A stretch of DNA of 33,221 nucleotides from Bacteroidales bacterium (GTDB lineage Bacteria > Bacteroidota > Bacteroidia > Bacteroidales > UBA10428): positions 2,534,654 to 2,567,874 of the forward strand of contig CP070654.1 of assembly GCA_020354785.1 (NCBI GenBank), in the 5' to 3' direction. Shown in pieces: positions 17,469 to 26,622 of this stretch (position 1 is the first letter of the stretch; each line of letters starts with the position of its first letter). Made by a program: the position numbers and the translations under genes. The notes below the pieces were generated by a model, which saw nothing but the letters and a program-made list of their open reading frames with translations, had not been told where the DNA came from and made no database searches.

Positions 17469-20400
17469 CTATGCCCGGACTATTTTACCAGTACTTATGT
17501 ACCAGACATAGGATTCTATGCTATCATATCCCATTTCCTTTAACAGAGTTTCGTATTCCCTTACCTGATCCATATACTCCCGGCGTTCAACAGCTCCAAA
17601 CTTATAATCAACAATTGCTGCACTATTACCTTTTACTAAAACCCTGTCAGGCCGCCTTACTGAGCCGTCAGGTAAAATAATATCCTTTTCATTAAATACC
17701 TTCCAGTCTTTTGAGAACCATCCTCTGATTTGATTATTATTAATTATTTGCTCTATATCCCTGAGTATTGATTCTTTTTCAGCAAGCCCTATCTTACCAT
17801 CATTATAAACCTTTTCAACAGCCCTTTCCAAATCATCAATTGTAACTATGCCGGCAAATATTTCATGCATAATTTTGCCATAATTCAATGGCCTGGTTTT
17901 AATTTCTGTGTCCCTTACAAAAAAATCACTGACCTGGTATGCTATTCTTAGTTTCTTCCTGCTATCCACTGCCGTGTATTCATCTATCTTATTGACTGTA
18001 TATTTATCATAATCTTCCTCCGGTTTAATATTTTCAAGATCTCCATATTCAAAAACCTGATGGGTTTTACTGTAGTAATCATCAAATGACAACAAATTAA
18101 CATCATCTTTACTTAATTCTTTACTCTTATAGTCATTTGATAGAATATTAAATAATAGGTCCGATACTGTTGATATCCTGCCGCCAGCTTTGCTCCCGGC
18201 ATCACAAATACAGTACAGAGCATGGCCGGCTCTTGTAAATGCCACATATAACAGATTTAAATTAACAACATAAGATTTAATTTTCTCAGTATAATATTCA
18301 CCTGCAAAAACGGTTTCTTTCAGGTTTTGTGAATAGTTAACAGGAACGATATCCAGTTTATCAAATGGTTTCCCTGAGGGTTTGCACCATAATATTTGTT
18401 TGTTTGCATGATGATCAATACGCCAGTTACAATATGGTATTATTATTGCTTTGAATTCCAGCCCCTTTGATTTGTGAATTGTCATTATCCTGATAGCATC
18501 CTGAGCTTCAGATATTGATATGCTCTTTTTATATCCGATATCTTCCCAGTATTCCAGAAATGTATAAATATTTGATGAATTTCTATTTGAGTAGTCAAGT
18601 ATCATATCCTGAAAAGCCTGAATAAATGGTAATTCGCCCATAATATTGTTTAATGAAAACATTTCAATTAAACGTTCAACCATCTCATAAAGAGACAGGC
18701 TTTTTAAATAATCAGCAGTCTCAATAAAAGACTCCTGAAACACTTCCTTAAAAAGAGTTCTGTAATCAGCAGTAATATACTCCCCGAGTATTATTTCATT
18801 ATCTCCGGTATTGGCTTTTATATAATTAAGATATTCAGATATAATATAGTAGATGTTTATAGCATCATTTTCATTAATAAAGAACTTCAAAAGGGAAATA
18901 AGAAACTTTACAGCTGAGGAACTACTTAAGTAAAGAGATTCATCAGATACTACATCATACCTGTATTTTCCTTCTGTTTTATTATTCTTTTTATATTCAA
19001 TTAAAAAGTCTGCAATATCTTTACCCTCCTCTTTTTTCCTTGTAAGAACAGCAATATCTTTTAATTTGTAGCCTTTATCCTGTAATTCATTCAGTATGCT
19101 TACCAGATTATCCTTTAAAAAGTTATCCTCTTTATTATCTGTAAACTGAATTTTAATATAACCTTTATCTTTATTTTCACTTGTTGCACACTGCTGGCGA
19201 ATATCGCTGTAAATATTAACTATATCGTTTTTTAGTTTTTCTGCATCAGGATGAACATTAAATTCGGATAATTCACTATTAAAGTAATTTTGCAAAACCC
19301 TGGCGGCCCTTACAAAAACGGAATTATTAAAGTCAATTATATTCTTATAACTTCTCCAGTTTTTCTCAAGTGGGTATTTTTTAACACTACCGGGATAAAA
19401 ATCATTAAATACTTTCTCGGTTAATATTTCCCAGTTAGTACTTCTCCACCTGTAAATCGACTGTTTTGCGTCTCCCACTACCAGGTTGTCGTAATTCTGA
19501 GATATACTGTTATCAATCAGCGGCTTAAAATTATTCCACTGAAATCCTGAGGTGTCCTGAAATTCATCAATCATAAAATGATGATAGTAGTTGCCTGTTT
19601 TTTCGTATATAAAGGGGGCATCGTTATTTTCTATTATTTTATTCAGAAATGCTGAAGCATCACTTAACAGGAATATATTTTTTTCGCTTATATATTGAAA
19701 GATCTCCCTTGTTATATCAGATAATATACCGAGTGTATAAATGTTTGATAAAATTGTTAAGGACGTCCTGTAATATTTATAATTCATATTAAAGAAATCA
19801 AGAATACTGACCAGCAAATTATTCAATCCCTTTTCCAATATTTCCACAATCCTGTTTTTCATTTCAGATGACTGGCTGTACCATTTTTCAGGGGAATTTG
19901 CAGCCTCCAGGATCCTGGACCCTGGTTTCTGGAAATTCCGGTTAGCAAGTTTCAGGAAATATCCTGCCGGGCCGGTTTCCTTATAGCTAAAATCATTAAC
20001 AGATAGAGAGTGTGAAGATATTAATTCCAGTCCTTCAATCCCCTTTTGTTCCACGGTATTTTCAAAATGTGCTTTGATTTTATATAAATTAGAAAGATAA
20101 CTGTCAAGGAATTTCTTGTTTTTAAGCTTCTCGGAAATAATATCATCAAATTCCCTGAATTCTTCTTTGAAAATTTGTTTGCCTAATTCCAGAATTTCCT
20201 TTTTAAAATTCCAGCTTCTCCCCTCTTCGGTCCTGTCAACAGCAAATTTAATCAGCCATTCTCTTAGTGATAAATTGCTGTCGGTGTCAAGAAAAAGCCT
20301 GTCAATAGCTTCCTCAAGAACATTATCTGTATCCAGTTCAATTGTAAATCCACTTTGTATACCTATTTCACGGGTAAATGACCTGATAATCCTTTGAAAG

Positions 20401-20729
20401 AAACTGTCTATTGTGCTGACTGAAAACCTCGAATAATCATGCAATATCTTTTTCAGAATTGTGTCAGATTTATTCCTTATTGTTTTTTCCTGAAATCCGG
20501 TATGGGTTATAAGAAATTCCAGATATTTTGATTTCTGTTTTGAAGCCAGTTTGTATAACTCTCCAATTATCCTGCTTTTCATCTCCTCAGTAGCCTTATT
20601 AGTAAAGGTTACTGCGAGTATATGCCTGAAATTATCAGTTTCCCCGAATAATAATTTCAGGTATTCCTGTGTAATCCTGGTAGTTTTTCCAGAACCAGCT
20701 GATGCACAGACTATTGAAAGTTCCGACAT
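17469..20729 (-). CDS. AddA-like UvrD/Rep superfamily-1 helicase with a C-terminal PD-(D/E)XK nuclease
   Basis: It has Walker A CASAGSGKTTR, motif II MIDEFQDTS, motif VI-like TIHKSKGLEF, and the C-terminal nuclease motif RPDRVLV...AAIVDYKFG. Confidence 0.8.
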   Translation of the reverse strand: MSELSIVCASAGSGKTTRITQEYLKLLFGETDNFRHILAVTFTNKATEEMKSRIIGELYKLASKQKSKYLEFLITHTGFQEKTIRNKSDTILKKILHDYSRFSVSTIDSFFQRIIRSFTREIGIQSGFTIELDTDNVLEEAIDRLFLDTDSNLSLREWLIKFAVDRTEEGRSWNFKKEILELGKQIFKEEFREFDDIISEKLKNKKFLDSYLSNLYKIKAHFENTVEQKGIEGLELISSHSLSVNDFSYKETGPAGYFLKLANRNFQKPGSRILEAANSPEKWYSQSSEMKNRIVEILEKGLNNLLVSILDFFNMNYKYYRTSLTILSNIYTLGILSDITREIFQYISEKNIFLLSDASAFLNKIIENNDAPFIYEKTGNYYHHFMIDEFQDTSGFQWNNFKPLIDNSISQNYDNLVVGDAKQSIYRWRSTNWEILTEKVFNDFYPGSVKKYPLEKNWRSYKNIIDFNNSVFVRAARVLQNYFNSELSEFNVHPDAEKLKNDIVNIYSDIRQQCATSENKDKGYIKIQFTDNKEDNFLKDNLVSILNELQDKGYKLKDIAVLTRKKEEGKDIADFLIEYKKNNKTEGKYRYDVVSDESLYLSSSSAVKFLISLLKFFINENDAINIYYIISEYLNYIKANTGDNEIILGEYITADYRTLFKEVFQESFIETADYLKSLSLYEMVERLIEMFSLNNIMGELPFIQAFQDMILDYSNRNSSNIYTFLEYWEDIGYKKSISISEAQDAIRIMTIHKSKGLEFKAIIIPYCNWRIDHHANKQILWCKPSGKPFDKLDIVPVNYSQNLKETVFAGEYYTEKIKSYVVNLNLLYVAFTRAGHALYCICDAGSKAGGRISTVSDLLFNILSNDYKSKELSKDDVNLLSFDDYYSKTHQVFEYGDLENIKPEEDYDKYTVNKIDEYTAVDSRKKLRIAYQVSDFFVRDTEIKTRPLNYGKIMHEIFAGIVTIDDLERAVEKVYNDGKIGLAEKESILRDIEQIINNNQIRGWFSKDWKVFNEKDIILPDGSVRRPDRVLVKGNSAAIVDYKFGAVERREYMDQVREYETLLKEMGYDSIESYVWYISTGKIVRA

Positions 20730-20829
20730 TAAAAAACAATAAATTTATTAATTGCTGAAATCAAAGAACTAATATCAAGAAAAACTTTCAATTTTTAAAG
20801 TTTTACAGGTCAACTTTTGTTCAAGCAAT

Positions 20830-20864
20830 AAAAAAGGGGCTGTTTTGCATTTCAAGACAGCCCC
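20830..20864 (-). terminator. Canonical intrinsic terminator downstream of the YD-repeat lipoprotein gene
   Basis: On the minus strand, GGGGCTGT, a 13-nt loop and ACAGCCCC are followed by TTTTTT (plus-strand A-run 20830-20835). Confidence 0.8.
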
Positions 20865-20922
20865 GGACATTTAACGGCATATCATCTGCCGTGTGATATA
20901 TTATGTCTTACGCTATTATTTA

Positions 20923-21678
20923 TTATTTCAGATATTCATAATAAAAGGTGTCATATACTTCCGTATTGAACCAGTTTCTTATTTCCTTTACCGGATATCC
21001 GTCTGAATTATATTCATACTGGTATTCATAATCTGGAGGCATCATGCATGAAAGTGCGTTCTGGTGGATATATCGTAAAGGATTATTATATTGAATAATA
21101 TCAGTGGGCAGTTTCCAGTTATACCTGGGATTATTCTTATTATCATATTCATATTCACTCGTTACTAATGTAAATTGAGATTCTTCGTCCTCGCCTTCTA
21201 TCCTGGTAAGAACATTGCCTCTTGAATCATATGTATAAGTAATATCCCGTATGTCCATATCACGGTAATTTACTACTCCCGTTTCAATTTGTCCTACTGA
21301 GTTATAAGTGTATTCATTAATCTGATAAACCTGGCTGTCGCTACCATGTATATTTAATCTTATATATCTTCCATATTCATCATATTCATAGGTCTCATAA
21401 TAATCATCCGAATATTTTTTCATAACAGCTTTGCCTTCGCTATTATAATTATATGCCTCAAAGTGATAAACAGAATCATCATAATAGTGATTTACTCTTA
21501 TTAATTTCTTATTATCATTATAAATATATTCCTGATATATTTTACCATCTTTTAAAATTCTGCTCAGTAAAAATTCTTTATTAACCAGTTTGACATCTGA
21601 TGGAGCCTTTTCGCATGCCGGGAAAAGAATTACATAAACAGCAAACAAGGATAATATTGAAATTCCGGAAGGTCTCAT
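20923..21678 (-). CDS. Small lipoprotein with YD/RHS-like repeats
   Basis: The signal peptide with lipobox is LFAVYVILFPAC. YD-type repeats recur: YEYDEYGRYIRL, YTYNSVGQIETG, YTYDSRGNVLTR and YEYNSDGYPVKEI. Confidence 0.6.
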   Translation of the reverse strand: MRPSGISILSLFAVYVILFPACEKAPSDVKLVNKEFLLSRILKDGKIYQEYIYNDNKKLIRVNHYYDDSVYHFEAYNYNSEGKAVMKKYSDDYYETYEYDEYGRYIRLNIHGSDSQVYQINEYTYNSVGQIETGVVNYRDMDIRDITYTYDSRGNVLTRIEGEDEESQFTLVTSEYEYDNKNNPRYNWKLPTDIIQYNNPLRYIHQNALSCMMPPDYEYQYEYNSDGYPVKEIRNWFNTEVYDTFYYEYLK

Positions 21679-21775
21679 TTTGATTTATTTTAATGAAATG
21701 AATTGTATTATACTATTGATGAAATTTACCGCTAAAGGTTGCGTTGGGGAGAAGCAGGTTCAGCAGGGGTAAGAA

Positions 21776-23338
21776 CTAAAACGGAAATTCTTCCTGGTCC
21801 TCAACTTCAAGCTTTTCGAAATATGGCTTTTCCGCCGGCTGGTGTATACTATTACCCTCAACATAAATTGCCTTGTGTGGTTCAACCGGGCAGGCATATT
21901 CACAGGCTCCGCATCCGACACATGTCGGCGGGTTTATAAAAGGTATTGTTAAATCTTCAATATATGGTACCATACTCACTGCCTGGGTCGGGCAATGTTC
22001 GGAACATGACCCGCATGCAGTTCTGTCGGTATATACTATGCAATTCTTCATAATAAAATGTACCCGTCCTATCTGTGTCAGTTTTTTTTCTTCCACGGTT
22101 AGCGGTAATATAGCTCCTGTAGGACACACATCTCCGCAAATAGTACATTCGAAATTGCAGTAATTTGTCTTATAGTCCATAAAAGGCTGCATCATACCTG
22201 TAAAACCAAATTCAAGAAATGATGGCTGCAACACTTTTGTCGGACATGCGGTAACACACAGATGACATGCTGTACAGTTATTATTGTAATGTCTGAGACT
22301 CCCTGATCCAGGCGGTGAAACAGGATTTTCCTTTTCAACAGGTATCAGCTTCTTTTCATTATTAGCCGGTTGAGACTTTGCCAGTTTTGTCAATCCGAAT
22401 AGTCCAAGTGCATATATCACAGATTTGGCAACAAATTCTCTCTTGTCCGTATCTATGGTTTCTTCCCTGGTTTTTGTCTTCTTTCGCATATCTAATTGAT
22501 ACTTAATAGCATCCTCGGGACAGGGTTTTATGCAATTATAGCAGGCAATGCAACGTGAAAAATCGACATCTAATTTTTTTATATTTATACAATTTGCCTT
22601 ACATACTGCAATACACTTTCCACACTTTGTACAGGTAGAGGGATTTATCCTGATTTTTAATATCGAAATCCTGGAAAGTAAGCCCAATAAGGTACCGACA
22701 GGACATACGGTATTACAAAATAATCTCCCGTGGTAAAAAGAAATCCATATTATAAATCCTGTAAATGCTATCGGGAACAGTGTGGTTGTCAGTTTGAAAT
22801 GCTGATAATCTACCTGGTGTACAGAGTAAATATTGAGTTTTTCCAGTAAAATGGAGACTAGGTTATTAATTCCTATTGCCGAAGGTCTTAACAGGTCCGA
22901 AGATATTCTTCCGAAGTTACTGTAAGGATCTAAAAGATTTATCAGAAAAATACTGCCAAAAATCAGGGGAATTAAAGGCAGTATAAGAAATACATACCTC
23001 AGCACATTATGAGCCCTGGCAAACTTGTATTTCTTTTTCTTTCTTATTCTTTTTGCCATGAATGATATTACATCCTGTAAAACTCCTAACGGACATACTG
23101 TTGAGCAATATACCCGGCCAAACAATAAATTCAGAATAATAATTATTAAGAATCCGATGGCAGCAAAGCCTAAAATATTTATAAACTTAATTATTGACGG
23201 AATAAACTGTAAATAAATTATAATATCGGAAACTGAAGCAGGTATTATTCCCCTGAAGTCAATAAATAGTAAAGAAATTGAAACAACAAAAACTAAAGAA
23301 ACAAATATTCTAAAAAGCTTAAGATATTTCTGAAACAT
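21776..23338 (-). CDS. Membrane-bound polyferredoxin (NapH/MauN-like N-terminal module plus multiple 4Fe-4S ferredoxin domains)
   Basis: Several N-terminal TM helices carry two CxxxCP motifs (CSTVCPLG, CNTVCPVG). Six CxxCxxCxxxC(P)-type motifs follow: CTKCGKCIAVC, CIACYNCIKPCP, CTACHLCVTACP, CTICGDVCP, CGSCSEHCP and CVGCGACEYACP. Confidence 0.85.
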   Translation of the reverse strand: MFQKYLKLFRIFVSLVFVVSISLLFIDFRGIIPASVSDIIIYLQFIPSIIKFINILGFAAIGFLIIIILNLLFGRVYCSTVCPLGVLQDVISFMAKRIRKKKKYKFARAHNVLRYVFLILPLIPLIFGSIFLINLLDPYSNFGRISSDLLRPSAIGINNLVSILLEKLNIYSVHQVDYQHFKLTTTLFPIAFTGFIIWISFYHGRLFCNTVCPVGTLLGLLSRISILKIRINPSTCTKCGKCIAVCKANCINIKKLDVDFSRCIACYNCIKPCPEDAIKYQLDMRKKTKTREETIDTDKREFVAKSVIYALGLFGLTKLAKSQPANNEKKLIPVEKENPVSPPGSGSLRHYNNNCTACHLCVTACPTKVLQPSFLEFGFTGMMQPFMDYKTNYCNFECTICGDVCPTGAILPLTVEEKKLTQIGRVHFIMKNCIVYTDRTACGSCSEHCPTQAVSMVPYIEDLTIPFINPPTCVGCGACEYACPVEPHKAIYVEGNSIHQPAEKPYFEKLEVEDQEEFPF

Positions 23339-23342
23339 ATAT

Positions 23343-24269
23343 TTAAATGGTGATTCTATTGATCTTCAGTTTATCCAGGTTTTTTGTCCCTGAGCCTAAC
23401 TCATGAGCCAAAGTAATATGCCTTACTTCTTCCGGTCTTAAGCCAAATATCTTTGTTGATGCGGCATCGGCTGCTACCATATCAGTACCTAAAACCTGGT
23501 ATTTCATTGTAACAACATCATTTACAGAAACACCTCTTGGTCCGTTTCGCTTTAGCACGCGGTAAGCATCAACAACATTAAGATCGGGCTTAATATATGT
23601 TGAAAAATCTGCAATACATTGCTGCAGGTCATTAGCATGCCACCAGCTTCTGTTCCAGACTATGCCCATCAGGTTCTTCATGCAGATTGACAGTCTTGCA
23701 CCCCCGTGGCTCTTTAATGTAGGGACATTAATAAACACATCTGATTCAAGAATGAGCTCATGTACCCTGGCATTCTTTAAAACTTTACCCCCTTTAATCT
23801 CAACAGGGTGATAATTACCCGAACTGTTACCGGCAACTATTTTACCTCCCGCCTTTTTAACCGCATCTTCAATTCCACTGTTCCTGTAACATCTTGTCCA
23901 TTCGTTGCAAGTATGATCAACTACATACACATCCTTTGCGCCTGCCATGATGCAATGTTCAACAATTCTTCCAACAAGATTTGGATTTGTATTTGCAGCT
24001 CTTTCCGGTGTTGAATCCCATCCTATATTTGGTTTTACTACAACTGTCTGATTTTTCCTGACAAACTTAGACATTCCTCCAAGGGATGCAATAGCTTTGT
24101 CAAACATAGCTTCAGGGCCTCCTCCTTTTATTGCTACAAGATCATATGGCAGGTCATCAGATTTATATTTATTAATTGCAAATAAACTCTCATTATTTAA
24201 CACAGAAATGGCTGTCCCGGCAACAACTCCTGCTCCTACTGATTTTTTTATAAACTCTCTTCTTTTCAT
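23343..24269 (-). CDS. DUF362-domain protein with a twin-arginine (Tat) signal peptide
   Basis: The N-terminus MKRREFIKKSVGAGVVAGTAISVL fits the Tat consensus (RR-x-F-[LI]-K). The core blocks TVVVKPNIGW, AGAKDVYVVDH and FINVPTLKSHGGARLSICMKNLMG match DUF362/COG2006 as I recall it. The stop is 4 nt from the polyferredoxin start. Confidence 0.7.
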   Translation of the reverse strand: MKRREFIKKSVGAGVVAGTAISVLNNESLFAINKYKSDDLPYDLVAIKGGGPEAMFDKAIASLGGMSKFVRKNQTVVVKPNIGWDSTPERAANTNPNLVGRIVEHCIMAGAKDVYVVDHTCNEWTRCYRNSGIEDAVKKAGGKIVAGNSSGNYHPVEIKGGKVLKNARVHELILESDVFINVPTLKSHGGARLSICMKNLMGIVWNRSWWHANDLQQCIADFSTYIKPDLNVVDAYRVLKRNGPRGVSVNDVVTMKYQVLGTDMVAADAASTKIFGLRPEEVRHITLAHELGSGTKNLDKLKINRITI

Positions 24270-24386
24270 TCGTCCTGTTATTTTAATTTTCTGATAATAA
24301 AATCCTTTTATGGATATTTAAAACATTCTATCTTCCTGTTTGAACCGGAAAGTTAGTTAATTTTGTAAAAACTTACTTTTAAGATC

Positions 24387-24431
24387 GAAATTTAGAAAGA
24401 ATTTAGAACGAATTTATAAAGAATTAAGATA
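24387..24431. repeat. Four phased 11-12-bp direct repeats (GAATTTAGAAA-like) in the DUF362/larC divergent intergenic region
   Basis: Consecutive units are gaaatttagaaa, gaatttagaac, gaatttataaa and gaattaagata. A separate direct repeat, GGA(A)TACTGAA, occurs at 24437-24447 and 24503-24512. Confidence 0.5.
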
Positions 24432-24544
24432 AAAAAGGAATACTGAACAATAAACATTATTTTTATTTAATAAGAAATTTTAAATAATTCCTATTTTTAG
24501 CAGGATACTGAATTATTCTCTAATAATTATCATACTTTTAGAAT

Positions 24545-25762
24545 ATGAAAATAATTTACTACGAATGTTTTGCAGGTATAAGCGGCGACATGAACCTTGG
24601 TGCAATGATTGATATTGGAGTAAAACCTGAATACCTGGTAAATGAGTTAAAGAAACTGAACGTAAAAGAATATGAACTGAAAATATCCAAAGATAAAAGA
24701 AAAGGTATATCCGGGACTAAGGTTGATGTAGTAATAAAAGGACAGAAGAAAGACACACAGCAAAGTGATAATAAACATAAACACAGGAATTTAAATGATA
24801 TCCGGCTAATAATAAATAAAAGTGATTTAAAAGACAGTGTTAAAAAACTCAGTCTGAAAATATTCGAAAAAGTAGCTAAGGCAGAAGCTATTGTGCATGA
24901 TAAAGATATGAATGAAATATACTTTCATGAAGTAGGAGCGATAGACTCAATAGTCGATATTGTTGGTGCAGCAATTTGTATTGATCATTTAAAACCTGAT
25001 AAAATATATAGTTCAACAGTTGAACTGGGCGGTGGATTTATAAATTGTGCTCATGGTACTTTGCCTGTTCCTGCACCTGCATCAGTTGAAATACTAAAAG
25101 GAAAACCAGTGAAAAAGGGCACTGTTCAATATGAAGCAACAACTCCTACAGGGGCAGCAATTCTTGCAACATGCGTCGATGAATTCACAGATAAGATAAA
25201 TTTTGTTATTGAGAAAACAGGGTACGGCATTGGGAATAAAGATGAGAATATTCCTAATGTATTAAGAGTGTATCTGGGAAGTGATATAAGCACAGAATCA
25301 ACAGAAAAAATCTCATCATCAATTGTTGAATGCAATATAGATGATATGAATCCCGAATATTATGATTATATAATTAATTCTTTGTTCAATGCAGGGGCAA
25401 AAGATGTTTTTATTACACCCATTATTATGAAAAAGTCAAGGCCGGCTGCTAAGCTGAGTATACTCTGCGATATAGGAGCGGAAAAGAATATAGAAGAGAT
25501 ATTATTTAAGGAAACTTCCTCACTGGGATTAAGAAAATATACGGTTGAAAAGATTATGCTTGACCGTAAGATAGAATATATCAAAACAAAATATGGAGAA
25601 GTAAAAATTAAATCAGCTTTTTACAGGAATAAACTTATTAAATCCAAGCCAGAGTATGAAGATTGTATAAGAATTGCAAAAGAGCAAAATATACCTATTA
25701 ATGAAGTGTACAGACTGGTTGAGAAGTTAATGAATGAAAAAGATGGAAGAATTAAAGAATAA
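24545..25762 (+). CDS. larC: Nickel insertion protein LarC (pyridinium-3,5-bisthiocarboxylic acid mononucleotide nickel chelatase)
   Basis: The N-terminus MKIIYYECFAGISGDMNLGAMIDIGV is the LarC/DUF111 signature. It also has HEVGAIDSIVDIVGA and the C-terminal LarC2-like half, all in one uninterrupted ORF. Confidence 0.9.
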   Translation: MKIIYYECFAGISGDMNLGAMIDIGVKPEYLVNELKKLNVKEYELKISKDKRKGISGTKVDVVIKGQKKDTQQSDNKHKHRNLNDIRLIINKSDLKDSVKKLSLKIFEKVAKAEAIVHDKDMNEIYFHEVGAIDSIVDIVGAAICIDHLKPDKIYSSTVELGGGFINCAHGTLPVPAPASVEILKGKPVKKGTVQYEATTPTGAAILATCVDEFTDKINFVIEKTGYGIGNKDENIPNVLRVYLGSDISTESTEKISSSIVECNIDDMNPEYYDYIINSLFNAGAKDVFITPIIMKKSRPAAKLSILCDIGAEKNIEEILFKETSSLGLRKYTVEKIMLDRKIEYIKTKYGEVKIKSAFYRNKLIKSKPEYEDCIRIAKEQNIPINEVYRLVEKLMNEKDGRIKE

Positions 25763-26552
25763 TGATAAATATAATAACCTGATTGAATATCTGAAAAAGC
25801 TTGAAAGTGTTGCTGTAGCATTTTCTGGAGGCGTAGACAGCACTTTCTTACTGGCATCTGCCAAAGAAGCATTATCTGATAATGTTGTTGCATTTACTGT
25901 CAGATCACCGTATATCCCCGACTGGGAAATTAAGGAGGCGAAAAATATTGCAAATAAGCTAAATGCACGGCATATAATCATTGACACAGAACTTAGTGAT
26001 ACAATTCTACATAATCCGGAAAACAGGTGCTATTTGTGTAAAAAATTAATTTTCACAAAGTTGAAAATTGAGGCAGGGAAGCTCTCTGTTAAATACGTTA
26101 TTGAAGGAACAAATTCTGATGACACCAAAGATTTCAGGCCAGGGATAAAAGCTTTAAAGGAATTAAATATAGTAAGCCCGCTTCTGGAAAATAAGATAAC
26201 AAAAGAAGATATAAGATATTTTTCCAGATTACTTAATCTGAAGACCTGGGATAAACCGGCTTATGCATGTTTACTGACACGAATACCCTATAACACCCGG
26301 ATTAGTGAGGAAGAACTCAGACGGATTGAAATGGCTGAAGTATTTTTAATGTCGCTCGGATTCAAAGGTGTGAGGGTAAGAAGCCATAATAATCTGGCAA
26401 GGATAGAATTAGATAAAACCCGGATTATCGAGGTTTTTCAGAACAAACTGGAAGACAAAATTGTTAACAAGCTCAAAGATATAGGTTATACTTATGTTAC
26501 AATAGATATTGAAGGATACCGGACAGGAAGCATGAATTCAAAGAAAGTTTAA
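25734..26552 (+). CDS. larE: LarE, ATP-dependent sulfur transferase for the NPN cofactor (PP-loop ATP pyrophosphatase family)
   Basis: It has the PP-loop motif VAFSGGVDSTFLL and the ACLLTR Cys motif. The start overlaps the larC 3' end by 29 nt, or by 20 nt if the ATG at 25743 is used. Confidence 0.9.
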   Translation: MKKMEELKNNDKYNNLIEYLKKLESVAVAFSGGVDSTFLLASAKEALSDNVVAFTVRSPYIPDWEIKEAKNIANKLNARHIIIDTELSDTILHNPENRCYLCKKLIFTKLKIEAGKLSVKYVIEGTNSDDTKDFRPGIKALKELNIVSPLLENKITKEDIRYFSRLLNLKTWDKPAYACLLTRIPYNTRISEEELRRIEMAEVFLMSLGFKGVRVRSHNNLARIELDKTRIIEVFQNKLEDKIVNKLKDIGYTYVTIDIEGYRTGSMNSKKV

Positions 26553-26622
26553 GAATGTTTTATTATTCTGTTTTAATAATTTTGTTTAATAAAGTATATA
26601 GCAACCAAATTTAATAATCAAG

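Noticed and set aside
24545-25762. A programmed frameshift in larC, as in the Lactobacillus plantarum larC1/larC2 arrangement
   Set aside because: Here LarC is a single uninterrupted 405-aa ORF covering both halves, so no frameshift is needed.
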